DNA of 64,000 nucleotides, taken from NCBI GenBank assembly GCA_000002445.1, contig AL929603.2:1-64000 (forward strand), in the 5' to 3' direction. The notes beneath the pieces are model-generated. The model was given only the letters and a program-made list of their open reading frames with translations. It searched no databases and was not told where the DNA came from. Origin of the DNA: Trypanosoma brucei. Lineage: Eukaryota. A program made the translations under genes and the position numbers. Below, piece by piece: positions 25,101 to 40,100 of the stretch (its first letter is position 1; each line of letters opens with the position of its first letter).

Positions 25101-28100
25101 CGCAGTATACTGCTACTTGTGTGAGAATACTTTTAGTACAAGCGAGTACACGCAGTATACTGCCACTTGTGTGAGAATACTTTTAGTACAAGCGAGTACA
25201 CGCAGTATACTGCTACTTGTGTGAGAATACTTTTAGTACAAGCGAGTACACGCAGTATACTGCCACTTGTGTGAGAATACTTTTAGTACAAGCGAGTACA
25301 CGCAGTATAGTGCCACTTGTGTGAGAATACTTTTAGTACAAGCGAGTACACGCAGTATACTGCCACTTGTGTGAGAATACTTTTAGTACAAGCGAGTACA
25401 CGCAGTATACTGCCACTTGTGTGAGAATACTTTTAGTACAAGCGAGTACACGCAGTATACTGCCACTTGTGTGAGAATACTTTTAGTACAAGCGAGTACA
25501 CGCTCTATACTGCCACTTGTGTGAGAATACTTTTTGTACAAGCGAGTACACGCAGTATACTGCCACTTGTGTGAGAATACTTTTAGTACAAGCGAGTACA
25601 CGCAGTATAGTGCCACTTGTGTGAGAATACTTTTAGTACAAGCGAGTACACGCAGTATACTGCCACTTGTGTGAGAATACTTTTAGTACAAGCGAGTACA
25701 CGCAGTATACTGCTACTTGTGTGAGAATACTTTTAGTACAAGCGAGTACACGCAGTATACTGCCACTTGTGTGAGAATACTTTTAGTACAAGCGAGTACA
25801 CGCAGTATACTGCCACTTGTGTGAGAATACTTTTAGTACAAGCGAGTACACGCAGTATACTGCCACTTGTGTGAGAATACTTTTAGTACAAGCGAGTACA
25901 CGCAGTATACTGCCACTTGTGTGAGAATACTTTTAGTACAAGCGAGTACACGCAGTATACTGCTACTTGTGTGAGAATACTTTTAGTACAAGCGAGTACA
26001 CGCAGTATACTGCTACTTGTGTGAGAATACTTTTAGTACAAGCGAGTACACGCAGTATAGTGCCACTTGTGTGAGAATACTTTTAGTACAAGCGAGTACA
26101 CGCAGTATACTGCTACTTGTGTGAGAATACTTTTAGTACAAGCGAGTACACGCAGTATACTGCTACTTGTGTGAGAATACTTTTAGTACAAGCGAGTACA
26201 CGCAGTATACTGCCACTTGTGTGAGAATACTTTTAGTACAAGCGAGTACACGCAGTATACTGCCACTTGTGTGAGAATACTTTTAGTACAAGCGAGTACA
26301 CGCAGTATACTGCCACTTGTGTGAGAATACTTTTAGTACAAGCGAGTACACGCTCTATACTGCCACTTGTGTGAGAATACTTTTAGTACAAGCGAGTACA
26401 CGCAGTATACTGCTACTTGTGTGAGAATACTTTTAGTACAAGCGAGTACACGCAGTATACTGCTACTTGTGTGAGAATACTTTTAGTACAAGCGAGTACA
26501 CGCAGTATACTGCCACTTGTGTGAGAATACTTTTAGTACAAGCGAGTACACGCAGTATACTGCCACTTGTGTGAGAATACTTTTAGTACAAGCGAGTACA
26601 CGCAGTATACTGCCACTTGTGTGAGAATACTTTTAGTACAAGCGAGTACACGCAGTATACTGCCACTTGTGTGAGAATACTTTTAGTACAAGCGAGTACA
26701 CGCAGTATACTGCCACTTGTGTGAGAATACTTTTAGTACAAGCGAGTACACGCAGTATACTGCCACTTGTGTGAGAATACTTTTAGTACAAGCGAGTACA
26801 CGCAGTATACTGCCACTTGTGTGAGAATACTTTTAGTACAAGCGAGTACACGCAGTATACTGCCACTTGTGTGAGAATACTTTTAGTACAAGCGAGTACA
26901 CGCTGTATACTGCCACTTGTGTGAGAATACTTTTAGTACAAGCGAGTACACGCAGTATAGTGCCACTTGTGTGAGAATACTTTTAGTACAAGCGAGTACA
27001 CGCAGTATACTGCCACTTGTGTGAGAATACTTTTAGTACAAGCGAGTACACGCAGTATACTGCTACGTGTGTGAGAATACTTTTAGTACAAGCGAGTACA
27101 CGCAGTATACTGCCACTTGTGTGAGAATACTTTTAGTACAAGCGAGTACACGCTGTATACTGCCACTTGTGTGAGAATACTTTTAGTACAAGCGAGTACA
27201 CGCAGTATACTGCTACTTGTGTGAGAATACTTTTAGTACAAGCGAGTACACGCAGTATACTGCCACTTGTGTGAGAATACTTTTAGTACAAGCGAGTACA
27301 CGCAGTATACTGCTACTTGTGTGAGAATACTTTTAGTACAAGCGAGTACACGCAGTATACTGCTACTTGTGTGAGAATACTTTTAGTACAAGCGAGTACA
27401 CGCAGTATACTGCTACTTGTGTGAGAATACTTTTAGTACAAGCGAGTACACGCAGTATACTGCCACTTGTGTGAGAATACTTTTAGTACAAGCGAGTACA
27501 CGCAGTATACTGCCACTTGTGTGAGAATACTTTTAGTACAAGCGAGTACACGCAGTATACTGCCACTTGTGTGAGAATACTTTTAGTACAAGCGAGTACA
27601 CGCAGTATACTGCCACTTGTGTGAGAATACTTTTAGTACAAGCGAGTACACGCAGTATACTGCCACTTGTGTGAGAATACTTTTAGTACAAGCGAGTACA
27701 CGCAGTATACTGCCACTTGTGTGAGAATACTTTTAGTACAAGCGAGTACACGCAGTATACTGCCACTTGTGTGAGAATACTTTTAGTACAAGCGAGTACA
27801 CGCAGTATACTGCTACTTGTGTGAGAATACTTTTAGTACAAGCGAGTACACGCAGTATACTGCTACTTGTGTGAGAATACTTTTAGTACAAGCGAGTACA
27901 CGCAGTATAGTGCCACTTGTGTGAGAATACTTTTAGTACAAGCGAGTACACGCAGTATACTGCCACTTGTGTGAGAATACTTTTAGTACAAGCGAGTACA
28001 CGCAGTATACTGCTACTTGTGTGAGAATACTTTTAGTACAAGCGAGTACACGCAGTATACTGCCACTTGTGTGAGAATACTTTTAGTACAAGCGAGTACA

Positions 28101-31100
28101 CGCAGTATAGTGCCACTTGTGTGAGAATACTTTTAGTACAAGCGAGTACACGCAGTATACTGCCACTTGTGTGAGAATACTTTTAGTACAAGCGAGTACA
28201 CGCAGTATAGTGCCACTTGTGTGAGAATACTTTTAGTACAAGCGAGTACACGCAGTATACTGCCACTTGTGTGAGAATACTTTTAGTACAAGCGAGTACA
28301 CGCAGTATACTGCCACGTGTGTGAGAATACTTTTAGTACAAGCGAGTACACGCAGTATAGTGCCACTTGTGTGAGAATACTTTTAGTACAAGCGAGTACA
28401 CGTTTTATACTGCCACTTGTGTGAGAATACTTTTAGTACAAGCGAGTGCACGCAGTATACTGCTACTTGTGTGAGAATACTTTTAGTACAAGCGAGTACA
28501 CGCAGTATACTGCCACGTGTGTGAGAATACTTTTAGTACAAGCGAGTACACGCAGTATAGTGCCACTTGTGTGAGAATACTTTTAGTACAAGCGAGTACA
28601 CGCAGTATACTGCCACTTGTGTGAGAATACTTTTAGTACAAGCGAGTACACGCAGTATACTGCTACTTGTGTGAGAATACTTTTAGTACAAGCGAGTACA
28701 CGCAGTATACTGCTACTTGTGTGAGAATACTTTTAGTACAAGCGAGTACACGCAGTATACTGCCACGTGTGTGAGAATACTTTTAGTACAAGCGAGTACA
28801 CGCAGTATAGTGCCACTTGTGTGAGAATACTTTTAGTACAAGCGAGTACACGCTCTATACTGCCACTTGTGTGAGAATACTTTTAGTACAAGCGAGTACA
28901 CGCAGTATACTGCTACTTGTGTGAGAATACTTTTAGTACAAGCGAGTACACGCAGTATACTGCTACTTGTGTGAGAATACTTTTAGTACAAGCGAGTACA
29001 CGCAGTATAGTGCCACTTGTGTGAGAATACTTTTAGTACAAGCGAGTACACGCAGTATACTGCCACTTGTGTGAGAATACTTTTAGTACAAGCGAGTACA
29101 CGCAGTATAGTGCCACTTGTGTGAGAATACTTTTAGTACAAGCGAGTACACGCTCTATACTGCCACTTGTGTGAGAATACTTTTAGTACAAGCGAGTACA
29201 CGCAGTATACTGCTACTTGTGTGAGAATACTTTTAGTACAAGCGAGTACACGCAGTATAGTGCCACTTGTGTGAGAATACTTTTAGTACAAGCGAGTACA
29301 CGCAGTATACTGCTACTTGTGTGAGAATACTTTTAGTCACAAGCGAGTACACGCAGTATACTGCTACTTGTGTGAGAATACTTTTAGTACAAGCGAGTAC
29401 ACGCAGTATAGTGCCACTTGTGTGAGAATACTTTTAGTACAAGCGAGTACACGCAGTATACTGCCACTTGTGTGAGAATACTTTTAGTACAAGCGAGTAC
29501 ACGCAGTATACTGCTACTTGTGTGAGAATACTTTTAGTACAAGCGAGTACACGCAGTATACTGCCACGTGTGTGAGAATACTTTTAGTACAAGCGAGTAC
29601 ACGCAGTATATTGCCACTTGTGTGAGAATACTTTTAGTACAAGCGAGTACACGCTCTATACTGCCACTTGTGTGAGAATACTTTTAGTACAAGCGAGTAC
29701 ACGCAGTATACTGCTACTTGTGTGAGAATACTTTTAGTACAAGCGAGTACACGCAGTATACTGCTACTTGTGTGAGAATACTTTTAGTACAAGCGAGTAC
29801 ACGCAGTATAGTGCCACTTGTGTGAGAATACTTTTAGTACAAGCGAGTACACGCTCTATACTGCCACTTGTGTGAGAATACTTTTAGTACAAGCGAGTAC
29901 ACGCAGTATACTGCTACTTGTGTGAGAATACTTTTAGTACAAGCGAGTACACGCAGTATACTGCTACTTGTGTGAGAATACTTTTAGTACAAGCGAGTAC
30001 ACGCAGTATAGTGCCACTTGTGTGAGAATACTTTTAGTACAAGCGAGTACACGCAGTATACTGCCACTTGTGTGAGAATACTTTTAGTACAAGCGAGTAC
30101 ACGCAGTATACTGCTACTTGTGTGAGAATACTTTTAGTACAAGCGAGTACACGCAGTATACTGCCACGTGTGTGAGAATACTTTTAGTACAAGCGAGTAC
30201 ACGCAGTATAGTGCCACTTGTGTGAGAATACTTTTAGTACAAGCGAGTACACGCTCTATACTGCCACTTGTGTGAGAATACTTTTAGTACAAGCGAGTAC
30301 ACGCAGTATACTGCTACTTGTGTGAGAATACTTTTAGTACAAGCGAGTACACGCAGTATACTGCTACTTGTGTGAGAATACTTTTAGTACAAGCGAGTAC
30401 ACGCAGTATACTGCTACTTGTGTGAGAATACTTTTAGTACAAGCGAGTACACGCAGTATACTGCTACTTGTGTGAGAATACTTTTAGTACAAGCGAGTAC
30501 ACGCAGTATACTGCTACTTGTGTGAGAATACTTTTAGTACAAGCGAGTACACGCAGTATACTGCTACTTGTGTGAGAATACTTTTAGTACAAGCGAGTAC
30601 ACGCAGTATACTGCTACTTGTGTGAGAATACTTTTAGTACAAGCGAGTACACGCAGTATACTGCCACTTGTGTGAGAATACTTTTAGTACAAGCGAGTAC
30701 ACGCAGTATACTGCTACTTGTGTGAGAATACTTTTAGTACAAGCGAGTACACGCAGTATACTGCCACGTGTGTGAGAATACTTTTAGTACAAGCGAGTAC
30801 ACGCAGTATAGTGCCACTTGTGTGAGAATACTTTTAGTACAAGCGAGTACACGCAGTATACTGCCACTTGTGTGAGAATACTTTTAGTACAGGGGAGTAC
30901 ACGCAGTATACTGCCACTTGTGTGAGAATACTTTTAGTACAAGCGAGTACACGCAGTATACTGCCACTTGTGAGAGAATACTTTTAGTACAAGCGAGTAC
31001 ACGCAGTATACTGCCACTTGTGTGAAAATACTTTTAGTACAAGCGAGTACACGCAGTATACTGCTACTTGTGTGAGAATACTTTTAGTACAAGCGAGTAC

Positions 31101-34100
31101 ACGCAGTATAGTGCCACTTGTGTGAGAATACTTTTAGTACAAGCGAGTACACGCAGTATACTGCCACTTGTGTGAGAATACTTTTAGTACAAGCGAGTAC
31201 ACGCAGTATACTGCTACTTGTGTGAGAATACTTTTAGTACAAGCGAGTACACGCAGTATACTGCCACGTGTGTGAGAATACTTTTAGTACAAGCGAGTAC
31301 ACGCAGTATAGTGCCACTTGTGTGAGAATACTTTTAGTACAAGCGAGTACACGCAGTATACTGCCACTTGTGTGAGAATACTTTTAGTACAAGCGAGTAC
31401 ACGCAGTATACTGCTACTTGTGTGAGAATACTTTTAGTACAAGCGAGTACACGCAGTATACTGCCACTTGTGTGAGAATACTTTTAGTACAAGCGAGTAC
31501 ACGCAGTATACTGCCACTTGTGTGAGAATACTTTTAGTACAAGCGAGTACACGCAGTATACTGCCACTTGTGTGAGAATACTTTTAGTACAAGCGAGTAC
31601 ACGCAGTATAGTGCCACTTGTGTGAGAATACTTTTAGTACAAGCGAGTACACGCTCTATACTGCCACTTGTGTGAGAATACTTTTAGTACAAGCGAGTAC
31701 ACGCAGTATACTGCTACTTGTGTGAGAATACTTTTAGTACAAGCGAGTACACGCAGTATACTGCTACTTGTGTGAGAATACTTTTAGTACAAGCGAGTAC
31801 ACGCAGTATACTGCCACTTGTGTGAGAATACTTTTAGTACAAGCGAGTACACGCTCTATACTGCCACTTGTGTGAGAATACTTTTAGTACAAGCGAGTAC
31901 ACGCTCTATACTGCTACTTGTGTGAGAATACTTTTAGTACAAGCGAGTACACGCAGTATACTGCTACTTGTGTGAGAATACTTTTAGTACAAGCGAGTAC
32001 ACGCAGTATACTGCTACTTGTGTGAGAATACTTTTAGTACAAGCGAGTACACGCAGTATAGTGCCACTTGTGTGAGAATACTTTTAGTACAAGCGAGTAC
32101 ACGCAGTATACTGCCACTTGTGTGAGAATACTTTTAGTACAAGCGAGTACACGCAGTATACTGCTACTTGTGTGAGAATACTTTTAGTACAAGCGAGTAC
32201 ACGCAGTATACTGCCACGTGTGTGAGAATACTTTTAGTACAAGCGAGTACACGCAGTATAGTGCCACTTGTGTGAGAATACTTTTAGTACAAGCGAGTAC
32301 ACGCTCTATACTGCCACTTGTGTGAGAATACTTTTAGTACAAGCGAGTACACGCAGTATACTGCTACTTGTGTGAGAATACTTTTAGTACAAGCGAGTAC
32401 ACGCAGTATACTGCTACTTGTGTGAGAATACTTTTAGTACAAGCGAGTACACGCAGTATAGTGCCACTTGTGTGAGAATACTTTTAGTACAAGCGAGTAC
32501 ACGCAGTATACTGCCACTTGTGTGAGAATACTTTTAGTACAAGCGAGTACACGCTCTATACTGCCACTTGTGTGAGAATACTTTTAGTACAAGCGAGTAC
32601 ACGCAGTATACTGCTACTTGTGTGAGAATACTTTTAGTACAAGCGAGTACACGCAGTATACTGCTACTTGTGTGAGAATACTTTTAGTACAAGCGAGTAC
32701 ACGCAGTATACTGCTACTTGTGTGAGAATACTTTTAGTACAAGCGAGTACACGCAGTATACTGCTACTTGTGTGAGAATACTTTTAGTACAAGCGAGTAC
32801 ACGCAGTATAGTGCCACTTGTGTGAGAATACTTTTAGTACAAGCGAGTACACGCAGTATACTGCCACTTGTGTGAGAATACTTTTAGTACAAGCGAGTAC
32901 ACGCAGTATACTGCTACTTGTGTGAGAATACTTTTAGTACAAGCGAGTACACGCAGTATACTGCCACGTGTGTGAGAATACTTTTAGTACAAGCGAGTAC
33001 ACGCAGTATAGTGCCACTTGTGTGAGAATACTTTTAGTACAAGCGAGTACACGCTCTATACTGCCACTTGTGTGAGAATACTTTTAGTACAAGCGAGTAC
33101 ACGCAGTATACTGCTACTTGTGTGAGAATACATTTAGTACAAGCGAGTACACGCAGTATACTGCTACTTGTGTGAGAATACTTTTAGTACAAGCGAGTAC
33201 ACGCAGTATACTGCCACTTGTGTGAGAATACTTTTAGTACAAGCGAGTACACGCAGTATAGTGCCACTTGTGTGAGAATACTTTTAGTACAAGCGAGTAC
33301 ACGCTCTATACTGCCACTTGTGTGAGAATACTTTTAGTACAAGCGAGTACACGCAGTATACTGCTACTTGTGTGAGAATACTTTTAGTACAAGCGAGTAC
33401 ACGCAGTATACTGCTACTTGTGTGAGAATACTTTTAGTACAAGCGAGTACACGCAGTATACTGCTACTTGTGTGAGAATACTTTTAGTACAAGCGAGTAC
33501 ACACAGTATACTGCCACTTGTGTGAGAATACTTTTAGTACAGGCGAGTACACGCAGTATAGTGCCACTTGTGTGAGAATACTTTTAGTACAAGCGAGTAC
33601 ACGCAGTATACTGCCACTTGTGTGAGAATACTTTTAGTACAAGCGAGTACACGCAGTATACTGCTACTTGTGTGAGAATACTTTTAGTACAAGCGAGTAC
33701 ACACAGTATACTGCCACTACTGTGAGAATACTTTTAGTACAGGCGAGTACACACAGTATACTGCCACTACTGTGAGAATACTTATAGTACAAGCGAGTAC
33801 ACGCAGTATAGTGCCACTTGTGTGAGAATACTTTTAGTACAAGCGAGTACACGCAGTATACTGCCACTTGTGTGAGAATACTTTTAGTACAAGCGAGTAC
33901 ACGCAGTATACTGCCACTTGTGTGAGAATACTTTTAGTACAGGCGAGTACACGCAGTATACTGCCACTTGTGTGAGAATACTTTTAGTACAAGCGAGTAC
34001 ACGCAGTATAGTGCCACTTGTGTGAGAATACTTTTAGTACAAGCGAGTACACGCTCTATACTGCCACTTGTGTGAGAATACTTTTAGTACAAGCGAGTAC

Positions 34101-37100
34101 ACGCAGTATACTGCTACTTGTGTGAGAATACTTTTAGTACAAGCGAGTACACGCAGTATACTGCCACTTGTGTGAGAATACTTTTAGTACAAGCGAGTAC
34201 ACGCAGTATACTGCTACTTGTGTGAGAATACTTTTAGTACAAGCGAGTACACGCAGTATAGTGCCACTTGTGTGAGAATACTTTTAGTACAAGCGAGTAC
34301 ACGCAGTATACTGCCACTTGTGTGAGAATACTTTTAGTACAAGCGAGTACACGCAGTATACTGCTACTTGTGTGAGAATACTTTTAGTACAAGCGAGTAC
34401 ACGCAGTATACTGCCACGTGTGTGAGAATACTTTTAGTACAAGCGAGTACACGCAGTATAGTGCCACTTGTGTGAGAATACTTTTAGTACAAGCGAGTAC
34501 ACGCAGTATACTGCCACTTGTGTGAGAATACTTTTAGTACAAGCGAGTACACGCAGTATACTGCCACTTGTGTGAGAATACTTTTAGTACAAGCGAGTAC
34601 ACGCAGTATACTGCCACTTGTGTGAGAATACTTTTAGTACAAGCGAGTACACGCAGTATACTGCCACTTGTGTGAGAATACTTTTAGTACAAGCGAGTAC
34701 ACGCAGTATACTGCCACTTGTGTGAGAATACTTTTAGTACAAGCGAGTACACGCAGTATACTGCCACTTGTGTGAGAATACTTTTAGTACAAGCGAGTAC
34801 ACGCAGTATACTGCTACTTGTGTGAGAATACTTTTAGTACAGGCGAGTACACGCAGTATACTGCCACCCCTGTAAGAATACTTTTAGTACAGGTTAGTAC
34901 ACACAGTATACTGCCACCCCTGTAAGAATACTTTTAGTACAGGCGAGTACACACAGTATACTGCCACCCCTGTAAGAATACTTTTAGTACAGGCGAGTAC
35001 ACACAGTATACTGCCACCCCTGTAAGAATACTTTTAGTACAGGCGAGTACACGCTGTATACTGCCACCCCTGTAAGAATACTTTTAGTACAGGCGAGTAC
35101 ACACAGTATACTGCCACCTCTGTAAGAATACTTTTAGTACAGGCGAGTACACACAGTATACTGCCACCCCTGTAAGAATACTTTTAGTACAGGCGAGTAC
35201 ACACAGTATACTGCCACCCCTGTAAGAATACTTTTAGTACAGGCGAGTACACACAGTATACTGCCACCCCTGTAAGAATACTTTTAGTACAAGCGAGTAC
35301 ACGCAGTATACTGCTACCCCTGTAAGAATACTTTTAGTACAGGCGAGTACACACAATATACTGCTACCCCTGTAAGAATACTTTTAGTACAGGCGAGTAC
35401 ACGCTCTATACTGCTACTCCTGTAAGAATACTTTTAGTACAGGCGAGTACACACAATATACTGCTACCCCTGTAAGAATACTTTTAGTACAAGCGAGTAC
35501 ACACAGTATACTGCCACCCCTGTAAGAATACTTTTAGTACAGGCGAGTACACACAGTATACTGCCACCCCTGTAAGAATACTTTTAGTACAGGCGAGTAC
35601 ACGCAGTATAGTGCCACTTGTGTGAGAATACTTTTAGTACAAGCGAGTACACGCAGTATACTGCCACCCCTGTAAGAATACTTTTAGTACAGGCGAGTAC
35701 ACACAGTATACTGCCACCCATGTACGAATACTTTTAGTACAGGCGAGTACACACAGTATACTGCCACCCCTGTGAGAATACTTTTCGTACAGGCGAGTAC
35801 ACACAGTATACTGCCACCCCTGTAAGAATACTTTTAGTATAAGCGAGTACACGCAGTATACTGCCACCCCTGTAAGAATACTTTTAGTATAAGCGAGTAC
35901 ACGCAGTATACTGCCACCCCTGTGAGAATACTTTTAGTACAGGCGAGTACACGCAGTATACTGCCACCCCTGTAAGAATACTTTTAGTACAGGCGAGTAC
36001 ACGCAGTATACTGCCACCCCTGTAAGAATACTTTTAGTACAGGCGAGTACACGCAGTATACTGCCACCTCTGTGAGAATACTTTTAGTACAGGCGAGTAC
36101 ACGCAGTATACTGCCACCCCTGTAAGAATACTTTTAGTACAGGCGAGTACACGCAGTATACTGCCACCCCTGTAAGAATACTTTTAGTACAAGCGAGTAC
36201 ACGCAGTATACTGCCACCCCTGTAAGAATACTTTTAGTACAGGCGAGTACACGCAGTATACTGCCACCCCTGTAAGAATACTTTTAGTACAGGCGAGTAC
36301 ACGCAGTATACTGCCCCCCCTGTGAGAATACTTTTAGTATAAGCGAGTACACGCAGTATACTGCTACCCCTGTGAGAATACGTTTAGTACAGGCGAGTAC
36401 ACGCAGTATACTGCTACCCCTGTGAGAATACTTTTAGTACAAGCGAGTACACGCAGTATACTGCTACCCCTGTGAGAATACTTTTAGTACAAGCGAGTAC
36501 ACGCAGTATACTGCCACCCCTGTAAGAATACTTTTAGTACAAGCGAGTACACACAGTATACTGCCACCCCTGTGAGAATACTTTTAGTACAAGCGAGTAC
36601 ACACAGTATACTGCTACTTGTGTGAGAATACTTTTAGTACAAGCGAGTACACACAGTATACTGCCACCCCTGTGAGAATACTTTTAGTACAGGCGAGTAC
36701 ACACAGTATACTGCCACCCCTGTGAGAATACTTTTAGTACAGGCGAGTACACGCAGTATACTGCCACCCCTGTAAGAATACTTTTAGTACAAGCGAGTAC
36801 ACGCAGTATACTGCCACTTGTGTGAGAATACTTTTAGTACAGGGGAGTACACGCTCTATACTGCCACCCCTGTGAGAATACTTTTAGTACAGGCTAGTAC
36901 ACACAGTATACTGCCACCCCTGTGAGAATACTTTTAGTACAGGGGAGTACACACAGTATACTGCCACCCCTGTGAGAATACTTTTAGCACAGGGGAGTAC
37001 ACACAGTATACTGCCACCCCTGTAAGAATACTTTTAGTACAGGCGAGTACACACAGTATACTGCCACCCCTGTGAGAATACTTTTAGTACAGGCGAGTAC

Positions 37101-40100
37101 ACGCTCTATACTACCACCCCTGTAAGAATACTTTTAGTACAGGCGTGTACACACAGTATACTGCCACCCCTGTAAGAATACTTTTAGTACAGGCGAGTAC
37201 ACACAGTATACTGCTACTTGTGTGAGAATACTTTTAGTACAAGCGAGTACACGCAGTATACTGCTACTTGTGTGAGAATACTTTTAGTACAAGCGAGTAC
37301 ACGCAGTATACTGCTACTTGTGTGAGAATACTTTTAGTACAAGCGAGTACACGCAGTATAGTGCCACTTGTGTGAGAATACTTTTAGTACAAGCGAGTAC
37401 ACGCAGTATACTACCACCCCTGTGAGAATACTTTTCGTACAGGCGAGTACACGCAGTATACTACCACCCCTGTAAGAATACTTTTAGTATAGGCGAGTAC
37501 ACGCAGTATACTACCACCCCTGTAAGAATACTTTTAGTATAGGCGAGTACACGCAGTATACTACCACCCCTATGCAATTACTTTTCGTACAGGCGAGTAC
37601 ACGCAGTATACTGCCACCCCTATGCAATTACTTTTCGTACAGGCGAGTACACGCAGTATACTGCCACCCCTGTAAGAATACGTTTCGTACAGGCGAGTAC
37701 ACACAGTATACTGCCACCCCTGTAAGAATACGTTTCGTACAGGCGAGTGCACACAGTATACTGCCACCCCTATGCAATTAGTTTTCGTACAGGCGAGTAC
37801 ACGCAGTATACTGCCACCCCTGTAAGAATACGTTTCGTACAGGCGAGTACACACAGTATACTGCCACCCCTATGCAATTAGTTTTCGTACAGGCGAGTAC
37901 ACGCAGTATACTGCCACCCCTGTAAGAATACTTTTAGTACAGGCGAGTACACGCAGTATACTGCCACCCCTGTGAGAATACTTTTAGTACAGGCGAGTAC
38001 ACACAGTATACTGCCACCCCTGTAAGAATACTTTTAGTACAGGGGAGTACACACAGTATACTGCCACCCCTGTAAGAATACTTTTAGTACAGGGGAGTAC
38101 ACGCAGTATACTGCCACCCCTGTGAGAATACTTTTAGTACAGGGGAGTACACACAGTATACTGCCACCCCTGTAAGAATACTTTTAGTACAGGGGAGTAC
38201 ACACAGTATACTGCCACCCCTGTAAGAATACTTTTAGTACAGGGGAGTACACACAGTATACTGCCACCCCTGTGAGAATACTTTTAGTACAGGCTAGTAC
38301 ACGCTCTATACTGCCACCCCTGTAAGAATACTTTTAGTACAGGGGAGTACACACAGTATACTGCCACCCCTGTGAGAATACTTTTAGTACAGGCGTGTAC
38401 ACACAGTATACTGCCACCCCTGTGAGAATACTTTTAGTACAGGCGTGTACACACAGTATACTGCCACCCCTGTAAGAATACTTTTAGTACAGGCGTGTAC
38501 ACACAGTATACTGCCACCCCTGTGAGAATACTTTTAGTACAGGCGTGTACACACAGTATACTGCCACCCCTGTAAGAATACTTTTAGTACAGGCGAGTAC
38601 ACACAGTATACTGCCACCCCTGTAAGAATACTTTTAGTACAGGCGAGTACACACAGTATACTGCCACCCCTGTGAGAATACTTTTAGTACAGGCGAGTAC
38701 ACACAGTATACTGCCACCCCTGTAAGAATACTTTTAGTACAGGCGAGTACACACAGTATACTGCCACCCCTGTAAGAATACTTTTAGTACAAGCGAGTAC
38801 ACACAGTATACTGCCACCCCTGTGAGAATACTTTTAGTACAAGCGAGTACACACAGTATACTGCCACCCCTGTGAGAATACTTTTAGTACAAGCGAGTAC
38901 ACACAGTATACTGCCACCCCTGTAAGAATACTTTTAGTACAGGCGAGTACACACAGTATACTGCCACCCCTGTGAGAATACTTTTAGTACAGGCGAGTAC
39001 ACACAGTATACTGTCACCCCTGTAAGAATACTTTTAGTACAGGCGAGTACACGCTCTAGACTGCTACCCCTGTAAGAATACTTTTAGTACAAGCGAGTAC
39101 ACACAATATACTGCCACCCCTGTGAGAATACTTTTAGTACAGGCGAGTACACACAATATACTGCTACCCCTGTAAGAATACTTTTAGTACAGGCGAGTAC
39201 ACACAATATACTGCTACCCCTGTAAGAATACTTTTAGTACAGGCGAGTACACACAATATACTGCCACCCCTGTAAGAATACTTTTAGTACAGGCGAGTAC
39301 ACACAGTATACTGCCACCCCTGTGAGAACACGTTTAGTACAGGCGAGTACACACAGTATACTGCCACCCCTGTAAGAATACTTTTAGTACAGGCGAGTAC
39401 ACACAGTATACTGCCACCCCTGTGAGAATACTTTTAGTACAGGCGAGTACACACAATATACTGCTACCCCTGTAAGAATACTTTTAGTACAGGCGAGTAC
39501 ACACAGTATACTGCCACCCCTGTGAGAATACTTTTAGTACAGGCTAGTACACACAGTATACTGCCACCCCTGTAAGAATACTTTTAGTACAGGCGAGTAC
39601 ACACAATATACTGCCACCCCTGTAAGAATACTTTTAGTACAGGCGAGTACACACAATATACTGCCACCCCTGTAAGAATACTTTTAGTACAAGCGAGTAC
39701 ACGCAGTATACTGTCCCCCCTGTGAGAATACTTTTAGTACAGGCGAGTACACACAGTATACTGCCACCCCAGTAAGAACACGTTTAGTACAAGCGAGTAC
39801 ACACAGTATACTGCCACCCCTGTAAGAATACTTTTAGTACAGGCGAGTACACACAGTATACTGCCACCCCTGTAAGAATACTTTTAGTACAGGCGAGTAC
39901 ACACAATATACTGCTACCCCTGTAAGAATACTTTTAGTACAGGCGAGTACACACAGTATACTGCCACCCCTGTAAGAATACGTTTCGTACAGGCGAGTGC
40001 ACGCAGTATACTACCACCCCTATGCAATTACTTTTTGTACAGGCGAGTGCACGCAGTATACTACCACCCCTATGCAATTACTTTTAGTACAGGCGAGTAC

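Noticed and set aside
13424-37854. Dozens of 60-160-aa ORFs inside the 50-bp array (for example 13424-13906, 20272-20690, 37570-37854)
   Set aside because: They are read-through of a stop-free tandem repeat. The translated peptides are just the repeat unit in three frames (VYCVYSLVLKVFSHKWQYTACTRLYKKYSHTSG...), so they are not genes.
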